A DNA stretch of 64,000 bases from Octopus vulgaris (GCA_951406725.2 OX597824.1:64232001-64296000); one strand, 5' to 3'. Shown: positions 23,645 through 37,574, counted from the stretch's first letter. The notes: generated by a model from the sequence alone, not told the origin. Translations and numbers: made by a program.

Positions 23645-25690
23645 CAAAGAGGTTCACATGGGAGAAGGAAAGTCTGCCTAATATGGACCCAACAGAGGGA
23701 CCAGCTATATGAATAGATGGAAACATGATAGATATCCTAGCAGACAGTAGCTTGATAAATAAAGCTATGATGGATATAAAGATAGAGAAAGCCCCTGGCT
23801 AGTCAGAAATTACTGCTGAGATGCTTAAAATATCTGGTAGAATGGGATATGATCTAGTCACCTGTATAGTTAATTAGGTTGTTCATGAGGGAGCCATACT
23901 CATTGATTGGTGTAGCAGCATTATAGTCAACTGCTACAAAGGTAAAGGTGATACCTTAGACAGAAATAATTACAGAGATATCAAATTGCTGGACCTGGCA
24001 GCGAAAGTTGCAGAGAGGTTCATAGCTCAACTAAATAGGAAGAGAGTTAGTCGAGATGAGATGCAGTTTGATTTTGTGCCATGAAGAAACCTTACCAATG
24101 CTATATTCTGGGTAAAGCAGCTGTAGGAGTACTAAACCAAAAAAAAAACCCCTCTGTATTTGGATTTTGTTGACATAGTGAAAGCCTTTGACAGGGTCCC
24201 CTGTTCCCCTATTAGGTAGTCAATGCAGAAGATAGGGATAAATGAGTGATTGGTGAGAGCTATACAAACCATATTTAGGGAAGCTGTCAGTAAGGTGAGA
24301 GTCAGTAAGGAGTAAAGCAATGAATTCAGTGTACAGGTAGGAGTTAACCAAGGATCGGTTCTCAGCCCCATCTTGTTCATCATAGTCCTCCAGGCCATAA
24401 CAGAGCAATTTATGATAAACTGCCCTTGGGAGCTCCTCTATGCTGATGACTTTGTTGGTATAGCTGATTCACTACCAGAACTATAGAAGAAATTTCAGGT
24501 GTGGAAGCATGGTCTGGGACCAAAGGGCCTTAGAGTTAATTTAGCAAAGACTAAAGTTAGTAGGAAAACAGATAAATCACACATCTTTTCAGGGAGATGG
24601 CCCTGCATGAGCAGTAGAAAAGGTGTAGGTAGAAACTCCATAAGTGTATATGGTGCCAGTTATAGATACATAAGAGGCAGTATCAGAGGAAGGCTAACAG
24701 AGAAAGTGGTCTTTGTGTGCACCAGATGTGTGGGTACAATAAGCACTAGGAATGTGCAGAGAATAGTCTTTGTCAAAAGTTCAGGGAGATACTTAGAAGT
24801 AGTAGATAGTTTCCATTACTTTGGTGACCAAGTCAGCAATGGAGGAGAATGCTCTGAGAATGGGCTGGACAAAGTTCAGAGAGCTTCCAACTTTGTTGGT
24901 AATGAAGGGCCTCTTCATTACAATGACAGTCAGATTGTATGAGGCCTGTGTGTGAACAGCCATGCTACATGGCAATGAAAGATGGACTGTGGCTGCAGAG
25001 GACTTGTAATGGCTTGAAAGGAATGAAGCTAGTATGCTTCACTGGATGTGCGGTGTCAGTGTGCACATACAACAGAGTGTAAATGTTTTATGAGAAAAAT
25101 TGGGTATAAGAGGCATAAGATGTTGTGATTAAGAGAGAAGACTGTGTAGGGCATTCAGCTAACCATTTTGCATTAATCTGCTGGGCTATTTTATACTTCT
25201 GCTGAGTACAAATTTATTTATTAAGTTAGACCTGTTGAAGAGGTAGACCCATGAAGACATGGTACAAGGTGGTGAAGCATGATCTTTGAATGTTGGGCCT
25301 CATGGAAACAATGACAAGTGACAGAGACCTTTTGGGATATGCCATGTTTGAAAAGGCCTGTCATGCCAAATGAAACCATAGTCAAAACACCCATGCCAGT
25401 GGCACACAAAAAGCACCCATTGAACATTGGATCTCTCAAGCCAAATCTCGTCAAGCCAAGTGGAATCGTAGTTGTGGCTGATGCCAGAGTCATGTAACTG
25501 GCACCCATGCCAATGGCACATAAAAAGCACCCATTACACTCTTGGAGTGGCCGACATTAGAAAGGGCATCCAACCATAGAAATCATGCCATCAGATTGGA
25601 ACCTGGTGCAGCTCTCCAGCTTACTAGTTTCAGTCAAACCATCTAACCCATGCCAGCATGGAAAGCAAATACTAAATGATGATGAGGATG
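23645..25690 (+). mobile_element. Degenerate RTE-clade LINE (RT + 3' UTR)
   Basis: FVDIVKAFDRVP, VGVNQGSVLSPILF, LLYADD, GLRVNLAKTKV; tail aagggcatcc...(GAT)n. Confidence 0.85.
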
Positions 25691-25696
25691 TATGTA

Positions 25697-25728
<32 letters not shown>

Positions 25729-25729
25729 C

Positions 25730-25932
25730 TTTATTTAAAGCAGCAGAAAATTCAACAAAACCTGTTACACTGAGTTTCCCGTTGCCGTTTATCGGACAGT
25801 TTTTGCTAGAATGGAACCGATATGTCAATTCTATCCAAACTATTACAAACGCTACACCTTTAAAAAATGGATTTGTTTGATTGGCCCTTTAGAAATAGCG
25901 GTCAATTTTCAAGTGATAAACAAAGATGAGCT

Positions 25933-25977
<45 letters not shown>

Positions 25978-27600
25978 TATAAAATTCGAGGAAAAAACCT
26001 TACATTGAATAAAATACATATTGACCTTAATGAAAGAAATATAATTAATACATGGAAATTGAAATGCATTAAAAATATGCATTAAAAATATAACACAGCA
26101 ATACATATTCATATTAAAGTATACGTATATATCAACATACACAGAACAGATGCGTGCAAACCCCATACATATACAGACGTATAAACATAAAGCTAAAATA
26201 TACACACAAATGCATGTATACATATGTATACGCAATCTAGTTCGCACGCAAGCTAAAATCATGGATGGTTAAGTATCGTTCGAATTTACGAAGCAAAGCT
26301 TAAGACATGAGTAAGTGAGGAGGGCGTAAAGTTGCATGACTCTATACATGTATCGTATAGTTAGAGAAAAAAACGAAAGAAAGGAAGCGAGAGAAAAAAG
26401 AAAAAGGGGGAGGAAAAAAGGAAAAAGGAGGGGTGGGGAAAAAAACGAAATAAGAAAAATTATGTATACAAGCTGTGTAACCTCGTATATTGACACATAT
26501 AGAGAGATACAAGTACACAAACACACAAGTTCAAGTGGATACATACACATACAGTCGTGTATGTGTGTGCTTAAGCACAAACATGCGCTCACTTACACAT
26601 ACACAAAGACGTATGCTTACAAATACATATTCGTGGCTATACACATATTTACATCAAAATTCTAATTTATGACAACATTGCTTTTAAAAAAATGGTGAGT
26701 GTAATAATGAAAATTATACGAAAGACATGTAAAATATAACACCCTATTTCGGATCATCTATAAATTAAAAATCAAAGTAAGCCTATACAATATAGTAACA
26801 TGAAATAAACTAAGCCGAAGGTTTTTCCTAAGAAATGTAAACAAAATAAATAAAATATATGCATGAGACTTTGCTATACGCAATGGAATCTGCATAGCAC
26901 GAAACAAATCCATCGTTGCGTTTACATACTAGTCCAAGAATCAAAATCAAAATTTCAAAATCAAAAATACAAAAAGACAAAATATATACTCTATCCATAT
27001 GGTATATTTATGTTTGACATTTTAAATTTGGCTGCGTGCCTGCATAAGTTCATCAGCTCACTTCTTTGATTCAAATAATTATTGTCTTTGAATAAAATAT
27101 AGAGTTTTTCTAACAGGCAAAGATTGCATTTGAAATTATTCTTGTGTGCTCCATGCCTGTATAGTGCCGCTCTGTCCAGAATGCTCCATGTCACGTTGAA
27201 AGGTGGGGTTTTCTTTTCTTTTAGTTCCCAGACATATTTTGCTAGGCTGGTCCTCTTCCTATTTTCTGGGTATCTAAATGAATTTTTATGCGAATAAAAA
27301 CGCGTTTTAAACAAGTTTTCTGAAGCCCCTGTATATGTCTTGTATTCCGATGAGCCTTCTATTTGTACCTTCGCTCTATAAACTACTCCTTTTACTAGAC
27401 ATTTCCCTTCTAACGGACAGGAGGATTCATTTTTGAAATTGCATTTCTTAATGGGCTTGGCACCATGTTTAATCTCAATCAGATTCCTATTATGCTGGCT
27501 AATGTAAGAGGCGAAATTTCTGCAACAAGAATAGCTAACCTTCAGGGTTCTTCTATTAAATATCCTATAGAATTTATGGTCCTGCTTAAAATGCCTCATG
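25730..27600 (-). mobile_element. 5'-truncated second Naiad-type PLE (GIY-YIG + 3' UTR/pLTR)
   Basis: ORF 26991-27599: IFNRRTLKVSYSC, CNFKNESSCPLEGKC..GVVY...TYTGASE..FKTRFYSH, CNLCLLEK; degenerate HHR near the distal end. Confidence 0.85.
25762..25799 (-). ncRNA. Degenerate hammerhead motif
   Basis: CUGU-CCGAUAA-aCGgcaaCGg-GAAAC-ucagu-GUA-ACAG; stem I intact, two core substitutions. Confidence 0.5.
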
Positions 27601-27613
27601 GTCCTGCTTAAAA

Positions 27614-28170
27614 CATTGTTTTACGTGGATGAAGATCTTGTTTCACGCGGGGTTTCGCTTGTTTACTGGGTCTAAGCCATTCCTTACACTGCTTCATATT
27701 GATGTACAGGCACCATTTTTCGTCGCCAGTAACGATTCGGTAAAGAAATCGTTGCTTGTGTCCATGAGTTGAGCAGTGACAAGCAAGCAAACCAGCAGAG
27801 ATTGTGGCTCGTTGATTTTTGTTGTTGTCACTTAAAGCATGCGGAACCCATGCTCTGTACTTCTGAACCTTTCCCATCAAATGAAGATGCTTTTCTATAG
27901 CAGTGCGGGAACATTCCATTTTCTCTGCCAGTTCCCTTGTCATTTGACGAGAATTTTCATGCAAAAGTTGGTTTAATCGCTCTTCATTGAACTCAACTGG
28001 ACAGCCAGAATGAGGTGTGTCTTTGAGGTCGAAATTTCCATTTTTGAACTTGCCATACCAATCACGAGTGGTTCTTTCAGCTATGGCACCCTCTCCATAC
28101 ACAGCACAAATGTCACGAGCAGCTTTTGCGGCCTTAGAACCTTGATTAAAAGCAAAAAGAAGGAGGTGTT
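27614..28170 (-). pseudogene. Mariner transposase fragment
   Basis: YGEGAIAERTTRDWYGKFKNGNFDLKDTPHSGCP, WVPHAL, RIVTGDEKW. Confidence 0.85.
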
Positions 28171-28188
28171 TGTGTGTATATATATGTA

Positions 28189-28236
<48 letters not shown>

Positions 28237-28244
28237 TATATATA

Positions 28245-29886
28245 AGTAGAGGTTGGGGTCCACCAAGGTTCAGTACTCAGCCCCCTCCTATTTATCATAG
28301 TCCTCCAGGCAATTACGGAGGAATTCAAGACAGGTTGCCCCTGGGAGCTCCTCTATGTTGACGACCTTGCTCTAATTGCTGAGTCACTATCAGAACTGGG
28401 GGAGAAGTTCCAGGTGTGGAAGGAGGGTTTAGAATCGAGGGGCCTTAGAGTCAACCTAGCTAAAACCAAAGTACTAATAAGTAGGAAGGTAGACAATCCA
28501 CAAATGTCTTCAGGAAGATGGCCCTGCTCGATCTGTAGAAAAGGTGTAGGTAGAAACTCTATAAGATGTACCCAGTGTAAGCTATGGACACATAAGTGGT
28601 GCAGCAATGTCAAAGGAAGGCTAACTGGGAAGATAGTTTTTGTATGTGGCAGATGCTCAGGAGCAATAAACTCTGAAAATCTGCAGAAAACAACTTCTGT
28701 CACTTTCCAGGGGAAAAAACTAGAAGTAGTTGATAGCTTCCGTTATCTAGGTGACCAAGTCAGTAGTGGGGGTGGGTGCGTTGAAAGTGTAACTGCTAGA
28801 GTAAGAATAGCCTGGGCAAAGTTCAGGGAGCTCTTACCTCTGCTGGTGACTAAAGGCCTCTCGCTCAGAGTAAAAGGCAGACTGTATGATGCATGTCTAC
28901 AAACAACTATGCTACATGGCAGTGAAACATGGGCCGTGACTTCTGAGGACATGCGTAAGCTCGCGAGGAATGAAGCCAATATGCTCCGATGGATGTGTAA
29001 TGTCAGTGTGCATACTCGACAGAGCGTTAGTACCTTGAGAGAAATGTTGGACCTAAGAAGCATCAGTTGTGGTGTGCAAGAGAGACGATTGCACTGGTAT
29101 GGTCATGTGGTGAGAATGGATGAAGATAGGTGTGTGAAAAAGTGCCAATCCCTAGCAGTTGAGGGAACCCGTGGAAGAGGTAGACCCAGGAAAACCTGGG
29201 ACAAGGTGGTGAAGCACGACCTTCAAACTTTAGGTCTCACTGAGGAAATGACCAGCGACCAAGACCTTTGGAAATATGCTGTGCGTGAGAAGACCAGGCA
29301 GGACAAGTGAGTCCAGGCCACTTATGCATGCCTTTCCTCCCTTGGACACACAAAGACCTGTTGAGGCAAGCGAAGTGGATATCGAACCTCATCCAACGAC
29401 AGGCACCCATTGCTTGTGAAGACCTGTTGGGGCAAGTGAAATCGAAATTGAACCAATCCTATGACTGGCACCCGGCAGATGCCAGGAGCCCTGGACTGGT
29501 GGTACGTAAAAGCACTATCCGAATCGTGGCCGATGCCAGCGCCGCCTCGACTGGCTTCCATGCCGGTGGCATGTAAAAAGCACCATCCGAATCGTGGCCG
29601 ATGCCAGTGCCGCCTTGACTGGCTTCCGTGCCGGTGACATGTAAAATGCAAATGCACCGTGGCCATTGCTAGCCTCGCCTGGCACCAGTGCAGGTGGCAC
29701 GTAAAAAGCACCCACTACACTCACGGAGTGGTTGGCGTTAGGAAGGGCATCCAGCTGTAGAAACATTGCCAGATAAGACTGGAGCCTGGTGCAGCCTTCT
29801 GGCTTCCCAGATCCCAGGTCGAACCGTCCAACCCATGCTAGAATGGAGAACGGACGTTAAACGATGATGATGATGATGATGATGAT
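28245..29886 (+). mobile_element. 5'-truncated RTE-clade LINE (RT C-terminus + 3' UTR)
   Basis: VGVHQGSVLSP, LLYVDD, WPCSICRKGVGRNSIRC, FRYLGD, HGSETW, RGRGRPRKTW; (GAT)n tail. Confidence 0.9.
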
Positions 29887-31205
29887 AGTAATGGTAAGAC
29901 AAGAAACGAATGAAAGAGACCTCGATATATGTAAATAGAGGAATTTATCTGTAAATATAATATGTGATAATTATTCGGTTATATATAAATATTTGTGTGT
30001 GTGTGTGTGTTATATTCAAATATGTAATTATATTTTGCACCTTGTTGTCACCTGTTGTAGACTTGAACTACTTCAGACAGGATTTAAAAAAAATAATAAA
30101 GGCAGTTGGCTTCTCATGCATAAATGAATATAAACTTTACAAAGAGAAGTCTTCCTGTTTCTGTCCTCTTCTTTTTTCTTACTTATTATAATAACTCAAC
30201 AAGTAAGTTATTAATATTCTGAACTTATCTCCATGTTTCATCAGCTCACATGTTTATTGAATTTGTATTCATACAAACCAACTGTATGGTTACTTGTTCT
30301 GCTTGAAATAGTATCCAAATCTAACCACAGATTCACACTCTTGGAACAGTTGTACTTATGGATTTTGGGTCAAAATAATATACACAGCTTTATACAACTG
30401 TTTCTTGGAGATTGTATAGAAAATGGAATAGCAAAATGGATGACAAAAGGAAAAACAGTGCTTACATGAAAGGACAAAGAAAAGAGAGAGGAAGTCAGTA
30501 ATTATAGACATATTACATGCTTATCATTCCCCTTGGAAATTATTAACTAGCTTCATAGCAGATAAAGCATGTAGTTTTCAGAAAGAAAATCTATTGCTAG
30601 AGGAGCAAAAGGGAAACAGAAAGAAGTCAAGGGGACTGTGGATTTACTGCTTATTGTTAGCATGATGTAATGGTTTGAACATTGGATCACCAAAATATAG
30701 TAGTTATATGTAACTGAAGGCTCTAACAGATGCAGTAGTATAGACACAATGGTGATTGGTATAAATAACAAGAAGTAGATAAAGGTTAAATTGTTTTTAT
30801 TTACTGTTACAATACTCACGACTGATCTGACTTGTTAATACATTGAGACTGCTTCTGGTGTCCATCATATAGGTAGCTATGTTCAATGTAGTTTACTACT
30901 TCATGACCAAAGGGAAAAGAAAGAGAGAGAAAGTAAGAGGATTTACTTCTCTGGATTGCTGAGTTGAAATGGTAAGAGAAACATGTGATAGCCATGAATA
31001 AAGAGAGAGAGAGTGAGGTATTATCTCTCTGCAGACATAAGTGTTGTGAACATAAAGCAGGGATATACTCTGCCAAAGTGCCAAGTAAAAAGAGAAAAAA
31101 TTCTATTTAGTGTTCTGTGTTTATAATAATTTCCAACCTAAGGTAGGTCGAGGGAACAAAAGATCTATCTCGAGTAATCTAGGTTGAACTACATTTCACC
31201 ACATA

Positions 31206-32470
31206 CAGGGGTTGGACAAAATAATGGAAACACCTAGCATCATAGCATCATAATTTTGAAGTATCTATAAAACCATCAAAAGCTTGTTTATTTTTATGTT
31301 TTTTTTTATTTATTATTAGTGTTGCTTAAAATGTTTTACTAAAATTGTTGTTTCTTTTCAGATATTAGAAAAAGGTAATTAAAATTCATTAAAATGACAG
31401 ATCTATCAGACTTTCAAAGAGGTCAAATTGTTGGTGCTCATATGACAGGTGCTGGCATAACAAAAGCAGCTGAAATGCTTGGTGTATCAAAAAGTACTGT
31501 CTTGAAAGTAATGACAGCCTTTGAGAAAGAGGGAAAATCTTCCTCGTCGAAACAAACGTCTGGAAGAAAACCAAAGCTTTCAGATAGGGACTGTCAGACT
31601 CTTGTGTGAATTGTTAGAAAGGATCACAAAAGTACAGCTCCTGAAATTACTGCAGAGCTTAATCACCACCTCAAGAACCCAGTTTCCACAAAAACTGTTT
31701 GCTGGGAGCTGCACAAAGCTGGATTTCACAGGAGGGCTGCAATTAGAAAACCACTACTTTCAAAAACAAACATTGCAAAGCGTTTAGAGTGGAGTAAAAA
31801 CCTACAGAATTGATCCCTAGAGCAATGGAAGAACGTTATTTTGTTGGATGAATCATCCTTTACCCTATTTCTGACCACTGTAAGTCTTCTTACATTTACA
31901 TGTGGAGACAGCCAAAAGAAGCATTTGATCCAGACTACTATCACATGTTTCTCTTACCGTCTTCCAACTGGTTAACATGGAGGAGGATCTGTGATGATCT
32001 GGGGGTGGGGGCTATATCTTTGAAATCTACCGACCCAGTGGTTTCCTTTCATGGCAGAATTAATAGTCAATACTATTTAAGCATTTTAGCTGACCAAATT
32101 CATCCTATGGTTGCAGGACTGTTTTCGGAGGGAAACGCAATCTTTCAGGATGATAATGCACCCATTCACACAGATAAAGTTGTTACTGAATGGCACAAGG
32201 AACATTCTAGTAAAATTAAATATCTTATCTGGCCTCCACAGCCCCTAGATCTCAATATTATTGAACATTTATGGTGCATTTTAGAAAAACAAGTAAGGAG
32301 TTGATATCCTCCACCATCATTACTACAAGAACTGAAGACTGTTTTAGCTGAAGAATGGACAAAAATTCCTTTGGAAACAATTCAAACTTTGTTCGAGTTC
32401 ATATCTTGTAGAATTCAAGTTGTAGTTACTGCCAAAGGCAGTCCTACCCCCATTTTAAAATTAATTTGTT
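31206..32470 (+). mobile_element. Tc1-like transposon, near-complete but disrupted transposase, right TIR missing
   Basis: TA|cagggttggac-like TIR (caggggttggacaaaataatggaaacac); MTDLSDFQRGQIVGA, SGRKPKLS, VILLDESSF, FQDDNAPIH, WPPQPLDLNIIEHLW. Confidence 0.88.
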
Positions 32471-32475
32471 TGAAA

Positions 32476-32519
<44 letters not shown>

Positions 32520-32553
32520 AATAATAATAATTTTATTATTATTATTATTATTA

Positions 32554-34289
32554 CTAGTACATGACCCATCAATAAGGAAAAAACAATGCTATGAATGACA
32601 CTTCAATTTAATTCAACTATTGTTTGAGAAATACACAAAAGATATAATTTGATAATATATTTACATATTCTTATTTATGCAAATATTTTACAAAATCAGT
32701 TATAAGATAACAAAGAAAATATTAAACAAATCTGTACTTTTTAGATAGGCAGTATATCAATATTTATGCTATTTCCATGTAGACATTACGTGTAAGTCTT
32801 CTTACATTTACATTATGATGTCTACTTGTTCTTGATTTGGTAAATTCTTTTTGATCAGCAAATATTTTAAGATTCATTGGATCCCCCCAACTCTACTAAG
32901 AACGACATATAATTGGCCATGAGTAAATAGATAACGATGAGACATGGGTGCCTCGTCCAAGACAATCAAGCATGCACTGAGTTTTTTGCCCATAACTTGG
33001 TGACAGTTTATCATGGATAGTGGGTATAAATCCAAATTTAAAATATTCCTCTGAATATTGACGAACTTATTTTTACTTGAATCAAATACAAAGAGATTTC
33101 AGTTCAAGCAAATTTTTTCAACAATTTCTTCAAAAAGATTTCGGTATAAACTTTCAGAAAATATGCTCAAAAAGAAACAAAAAATTATTCCATGAATCTT
33201 CTCAGCTGCATAAGCCTTTGTATCAATGATGGAAGTTTTTCTTACCTTTTTGCTGAATTCACAAAACTGACTGGCAGGAATAAAATGACCAGTTAATTTT
33301 CATCTCTGTTCATCTATATACATGTATGTGTGTATGTATGCATTACCAGTACCATAAATTTCTATCTATCTATCGATCTATCTATCTGTCTATCTTTCTA
33401 TCTATTTATCTATCACTATATATATATATATATCTGCCTCTTTCTTTCTCTTTCTCTATATATCTGTCTCTTTCTCTCTCTCTGTGTTTCTCACTCTGCC
33501 TCTTTCTCTTCCTTCACTGACGGCTCCCTTTACTTCCACTCTACTTCAACCCATTTCACACCATCCAATTCTTTCATCCCTCACTGTCGCCAGAGATAAG
33601 ACTCAATACTCTTAGACACACTCGTACACATAAGTCTGTCTCCAGTTTATTTCTCTATAGGGAATTAAGATGGCATTGCTTTCAGTACTGACCAGTTCTA
33701 TACTACATACACGCATGCACGCACACATGCACACACAAACACACACACGCGCACATTTGTAATTACCTACAATGTTTTCACATACCACTAAATCAAAGGA
33801 AATAATGTATTTCCTCTTTAGTGACCTCAGGTCTTATGGATTGTTGTCTCTAAAGTGTCCAAAGAATTTTTTCATAATAACTCATTCTTGAATTGTCCCC
33901 TTTCTCTATTGGTATACTAAACATTGTGTACAAAAGGTATAACATAACCCTACACATGCCTCACCAAAATATTACCATGCCCCACATTGGGAATCACAGC
34001 TCTATCTAATTACTGATGGCTTTGGACAGACGGACAGACACACATGGCCAGACATGATAATATTTGTATCTTATTTATACAGCGTGTAAATAAAATACAG
34101 ACATTCCTTTTACATACGCATATGTTCTCTCTCTCTTTGTGTGTGTCTCTCTCTGTCTCTCTTTCTTCCCCCCCTTCTCAACCCTACTTCTCTACCTCCC
34201 TCTCTCTCTCTAACTCTACTTTTCCTCTATCTAATTATTGATGGCTTCAGACAGATGGACAGCCGTGGCTCTTATTATATAGTATAAGA
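32554..34289 (-). mobile_element. Internally deleted Helitron carrying helicase remnants and a hAT-like fragment
   Basis: 5' A|TCTTATACTATATAATAAG at 34289; 3' ...gtaCTAG|T at 32554; LIVLDEAPMSHR and FTHGQLYVVLSRVG motifs. Confidence 0.7.
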
Positions 34290-34304
34290 TTATCATTGTA
34301 GACT

Positions 34305-34575
34305 AATAGGTGTAAGTGTTCCCACTGATAAAAATATATTTGTCAAGGAATTTGACAAATTAAGTAATTATAAGGACCTGGAAATTGAAATACGAAAGAT
34401 GTGGCATCTTAAAGTGAGAACATTTCCTGTTATTTTAGGTGCCCTAGGTACGTAAAAAAAGGGATGTCAGAAACATCTAGATAATATCCCAGGAGAACCA
34501 TGCCTCAGAGAAATCCAAAAGATTGTGCTGACAAGTACTGCCCACATCCTCAGAAAAATTCAATCAATTTAAATG
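34305..34575 (+). mobile_element. R4/Dong-like LINE 3' end fragment
   Basis: IGVSVPTDKNIFVKEFDKLSNYKDLEIEIRKMWHLK...PVILGALG, EIQKIVLTSTAHILRK. Confidence 0.75.
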
Positions 34576-35242
34576 ACTGCGTTCTATTACATGAAGATAT
34601 TTTGCTACTGCCCCTACCACTTCCCCTCTCCAAGCTTTCAGTCATACTGTAATATCTCTTATCCTTCAGTCACCCTAGGAGGCTGGGTGTGTCTCAGCAA
34701 GTGATTGTAACAAACATGCAGATTAAAAGTAAATAACAATAAAAATAATAATATTGGAAAACAATAAAAATAACAATACTGGAAAAAACTGGAAAAGAAG
34801 AATAATTATACTAAGGAAGAAAATAACAGCATGTTTCAGTTAATTTTCTTTTGATTTTCTCTTTATTACTGTTTTTCTTTTCTAGTTTGTTTTATTCGTG
34901 TGTGTGTGTGTGTGTGTGTGTGTGCGTATGTGTGTGTGTGTGTTTTAATGGTTGAAAGTTTATACATTCTTTATAGTATGAATCATTTCATTACAAAGTA
35001 AAACCCTTGAATGATTTCATCATAACCCACAACCGCACTTTCACTTCACTCTCTTCCTTCCACTCTCTCTCCCCCCTCTCTCTAACTTTCTTAAATTTGC
35101 GTAAATGTCATTTCTGACGTAAAAGTGCTCTCCAACCAATGTTCTATTTATGTTTATGATACATGCAGGGGATTTTGCATGTGTAAAGTTGAACGCACAA
35201 ATGGAAGTATGCGTACATACATAGATATACATAAGAATACAT

Positions 35243-35276
<34 letters not shown>

Positions 35277-35277
35277 G

Positions 35278-35520
35278 AGGTCTGATTAATATGTATCTGG
35301 ACTGTTGCCATAATAACAAAGCTAAGGCACGCAGTGTAAAGCTGCTTGGCACAGATTGACCTTGAACGCTGTTGTGCAAATGCACTAAGTTTTAATGGTC
35401 TAGCTCACTTCTGCTATTTACAGCAGTGCTTAGAAGGAACATGTGTAATGTGACCGTCACATTGACCATGACAGAGAAAGTTGTCATGACGATACCTACT
35501 CAGAGGCCAACACAATATTC
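35278..35520 (+). mobile_element. Mariner 5' fragment (same family as 13281-14110)
   Basis: ggtctgattaatatgtatctggactg...gctaaggcacgcag matches 13281-13490. Confidence 0.7.
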
Positions 35521-36755
35521 AACTGTAAGGTAACTGGATAAACTATGGTTTATATATATTTTAAGAAGATAAGAAAATAGAGAGATAATTAATAATCACT
35601 TATTAATTAAAAAATAAAAATATCTAATTTTCTAATTAAAAAATAATTATTAATTATCTCTCTATTTTCTTATTTTTTTAATATATATATATACATATAT
35701 ATATTGTTGTATTTAAGAATGGTCGTTTAGCCAATAAAAACACACGCACTATATATTTGGTGTTACTTTGCTTCAGCGTTGTTTATTTTTTACATTAATC
35801 TTAATCTTATTTCGGCCAGAGTTCTCTCGTCACACTCCTGTGACCGCATCAGTGGTCCTTTGCTTTCTTCTTTCTTATTTGTGTGTCTCTCCTTACTAAC
35901 GGTCAGCCATTTTGTATTTTGTATTTCTATTGTATGTGTCTTCATTTGCGCATGTGTATATCTCTATGTGCGTCTATGTTTAGTTAGTGTGTATGAGGGA
36001 GGAAGAGAGAGAAGGGAATGAGGGTGAGATGAAATTGACTGTCTGTCAGCCAGTGACATAGGAGAGTAGAAGAGGCAGAGAGATAGGAGCAGTAATATAT
36101 CTTGGGCCATATAAGAGAAAATAGATAGTACATCTGTAGGCCTGCTCTCAACATATTATACACCTGTCTTTTTCAGAGGAACAGGTGTCATTAAGTAGCA
36201 ATAAAACAGGAAGAGAAAGGAAACAGTATATCTAAGAGTCAGAGGATGTAGAGCATTGATATCAATTGAATAACCTGTGTGTGTATAGGGCTATTTTGAT
36301 ATTATTAAGTAACTAAGGCTTTACTAATGCAATCTTTTAAGATCTGAATTTGTCTACGTACTGAAAGATGTAATATTTATCCCTACTTAAGGTGAATATT
36401 TTGTTAGAACGAGCAATACTGTAGAGATACCATATAAGAAACTCTGCCATTGGCTTTTGGTGCAAAATACCCTCTTGTTTATATCGTTAGTGGGAAGATA
36501 AATCCCTGCCACTGAGACCACCAGATTACATGATTTCGACCTTCCTTGGTCTTATCAATGATGTATACTCAACCACTAATAGCAGTGATTCATATCCCCA
36601 CCAGTATACATTTAAAAATAATAACAGAACAGGTGCTAGTCTTGCAATTAGCCACTGAGATTGTTACAAAATATATATTAGTAATAGAGGCAGTAATATT
36701 TATCTTCACTTAAGTGGAGATAAATATTACCTCTCAGTATTAACATTGCCTTTGG

Positions 36756-36788
<33 letters not shown>

Positions 36789-37574
36789 TTCTCTCTCACC
36801 CCTCTTTCTCTCTCTCTTCATCTCTCTCAGTTTCATTAAGCACTTGCTTCCCCAACATTCTACCTCTGCTCTCCACCCCACCCCTATATAAACTAGCTCA
36901 TTCAGATTCCCCTATTTCATATTTTAATACCTTGCCACACGGAGTAGGAACCAGAAGATGTTCAGATAAGCAACCTTATTTTCTAACCTAGCACACATCT
37001 AAAACCTCTTTTCAGCACAGATTCTAATTACTTTATTATTTCATTTCATTATCTATCTATTTCTTTATCTATCTATGAAAAGACAGTTTCGTCTTCCATG
37101 CTGTATGTTTGGAGATAAAACTTAAGATTCCTTCATTCAATTCAACTCTCCCTCTTTCTCCCTCTCTTTCACACTCATTTATTATTGCCATTTATCCATT
37201 CATTTATCTAATTTTGCCACAGTTTGGCTGATTGAAAACTCTTGGTTATAGCTCTAGTTAAGAATACAAATGCCCAATTCATCTCATTATTATCATTAAT
37301 ATTTTCTCACACCAGCAGCCTGAGTTTTTACTGTTTCACAGTGTGCCCACCCTTCTCACCCCCACCTCCACCATCTGTACTGGAAGTCTCTATCCTCTGA
37401 CCTGTATCTGATGTCTCTCCCATGAACACCTCCAAAGGCTTAATGTTCCTCCCATCCCTACTTAGGTTTTATTTCCTATGTAATGTAGTGATTATGTAAC
37501 ATAAAATGATGGTGTAGTGTATGCAGGTTGAAGGCTATTGTATGTTTATGAGTTCTGCCAAATGCAAGCTTTCA

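Noticed and set aside
29500-29720. CRISPR-like repeat-spacer pattern
   Set aside because: Irregular degenerate modules inside an RTE 3' UTR in eukaryotic DNA; no cas genes.
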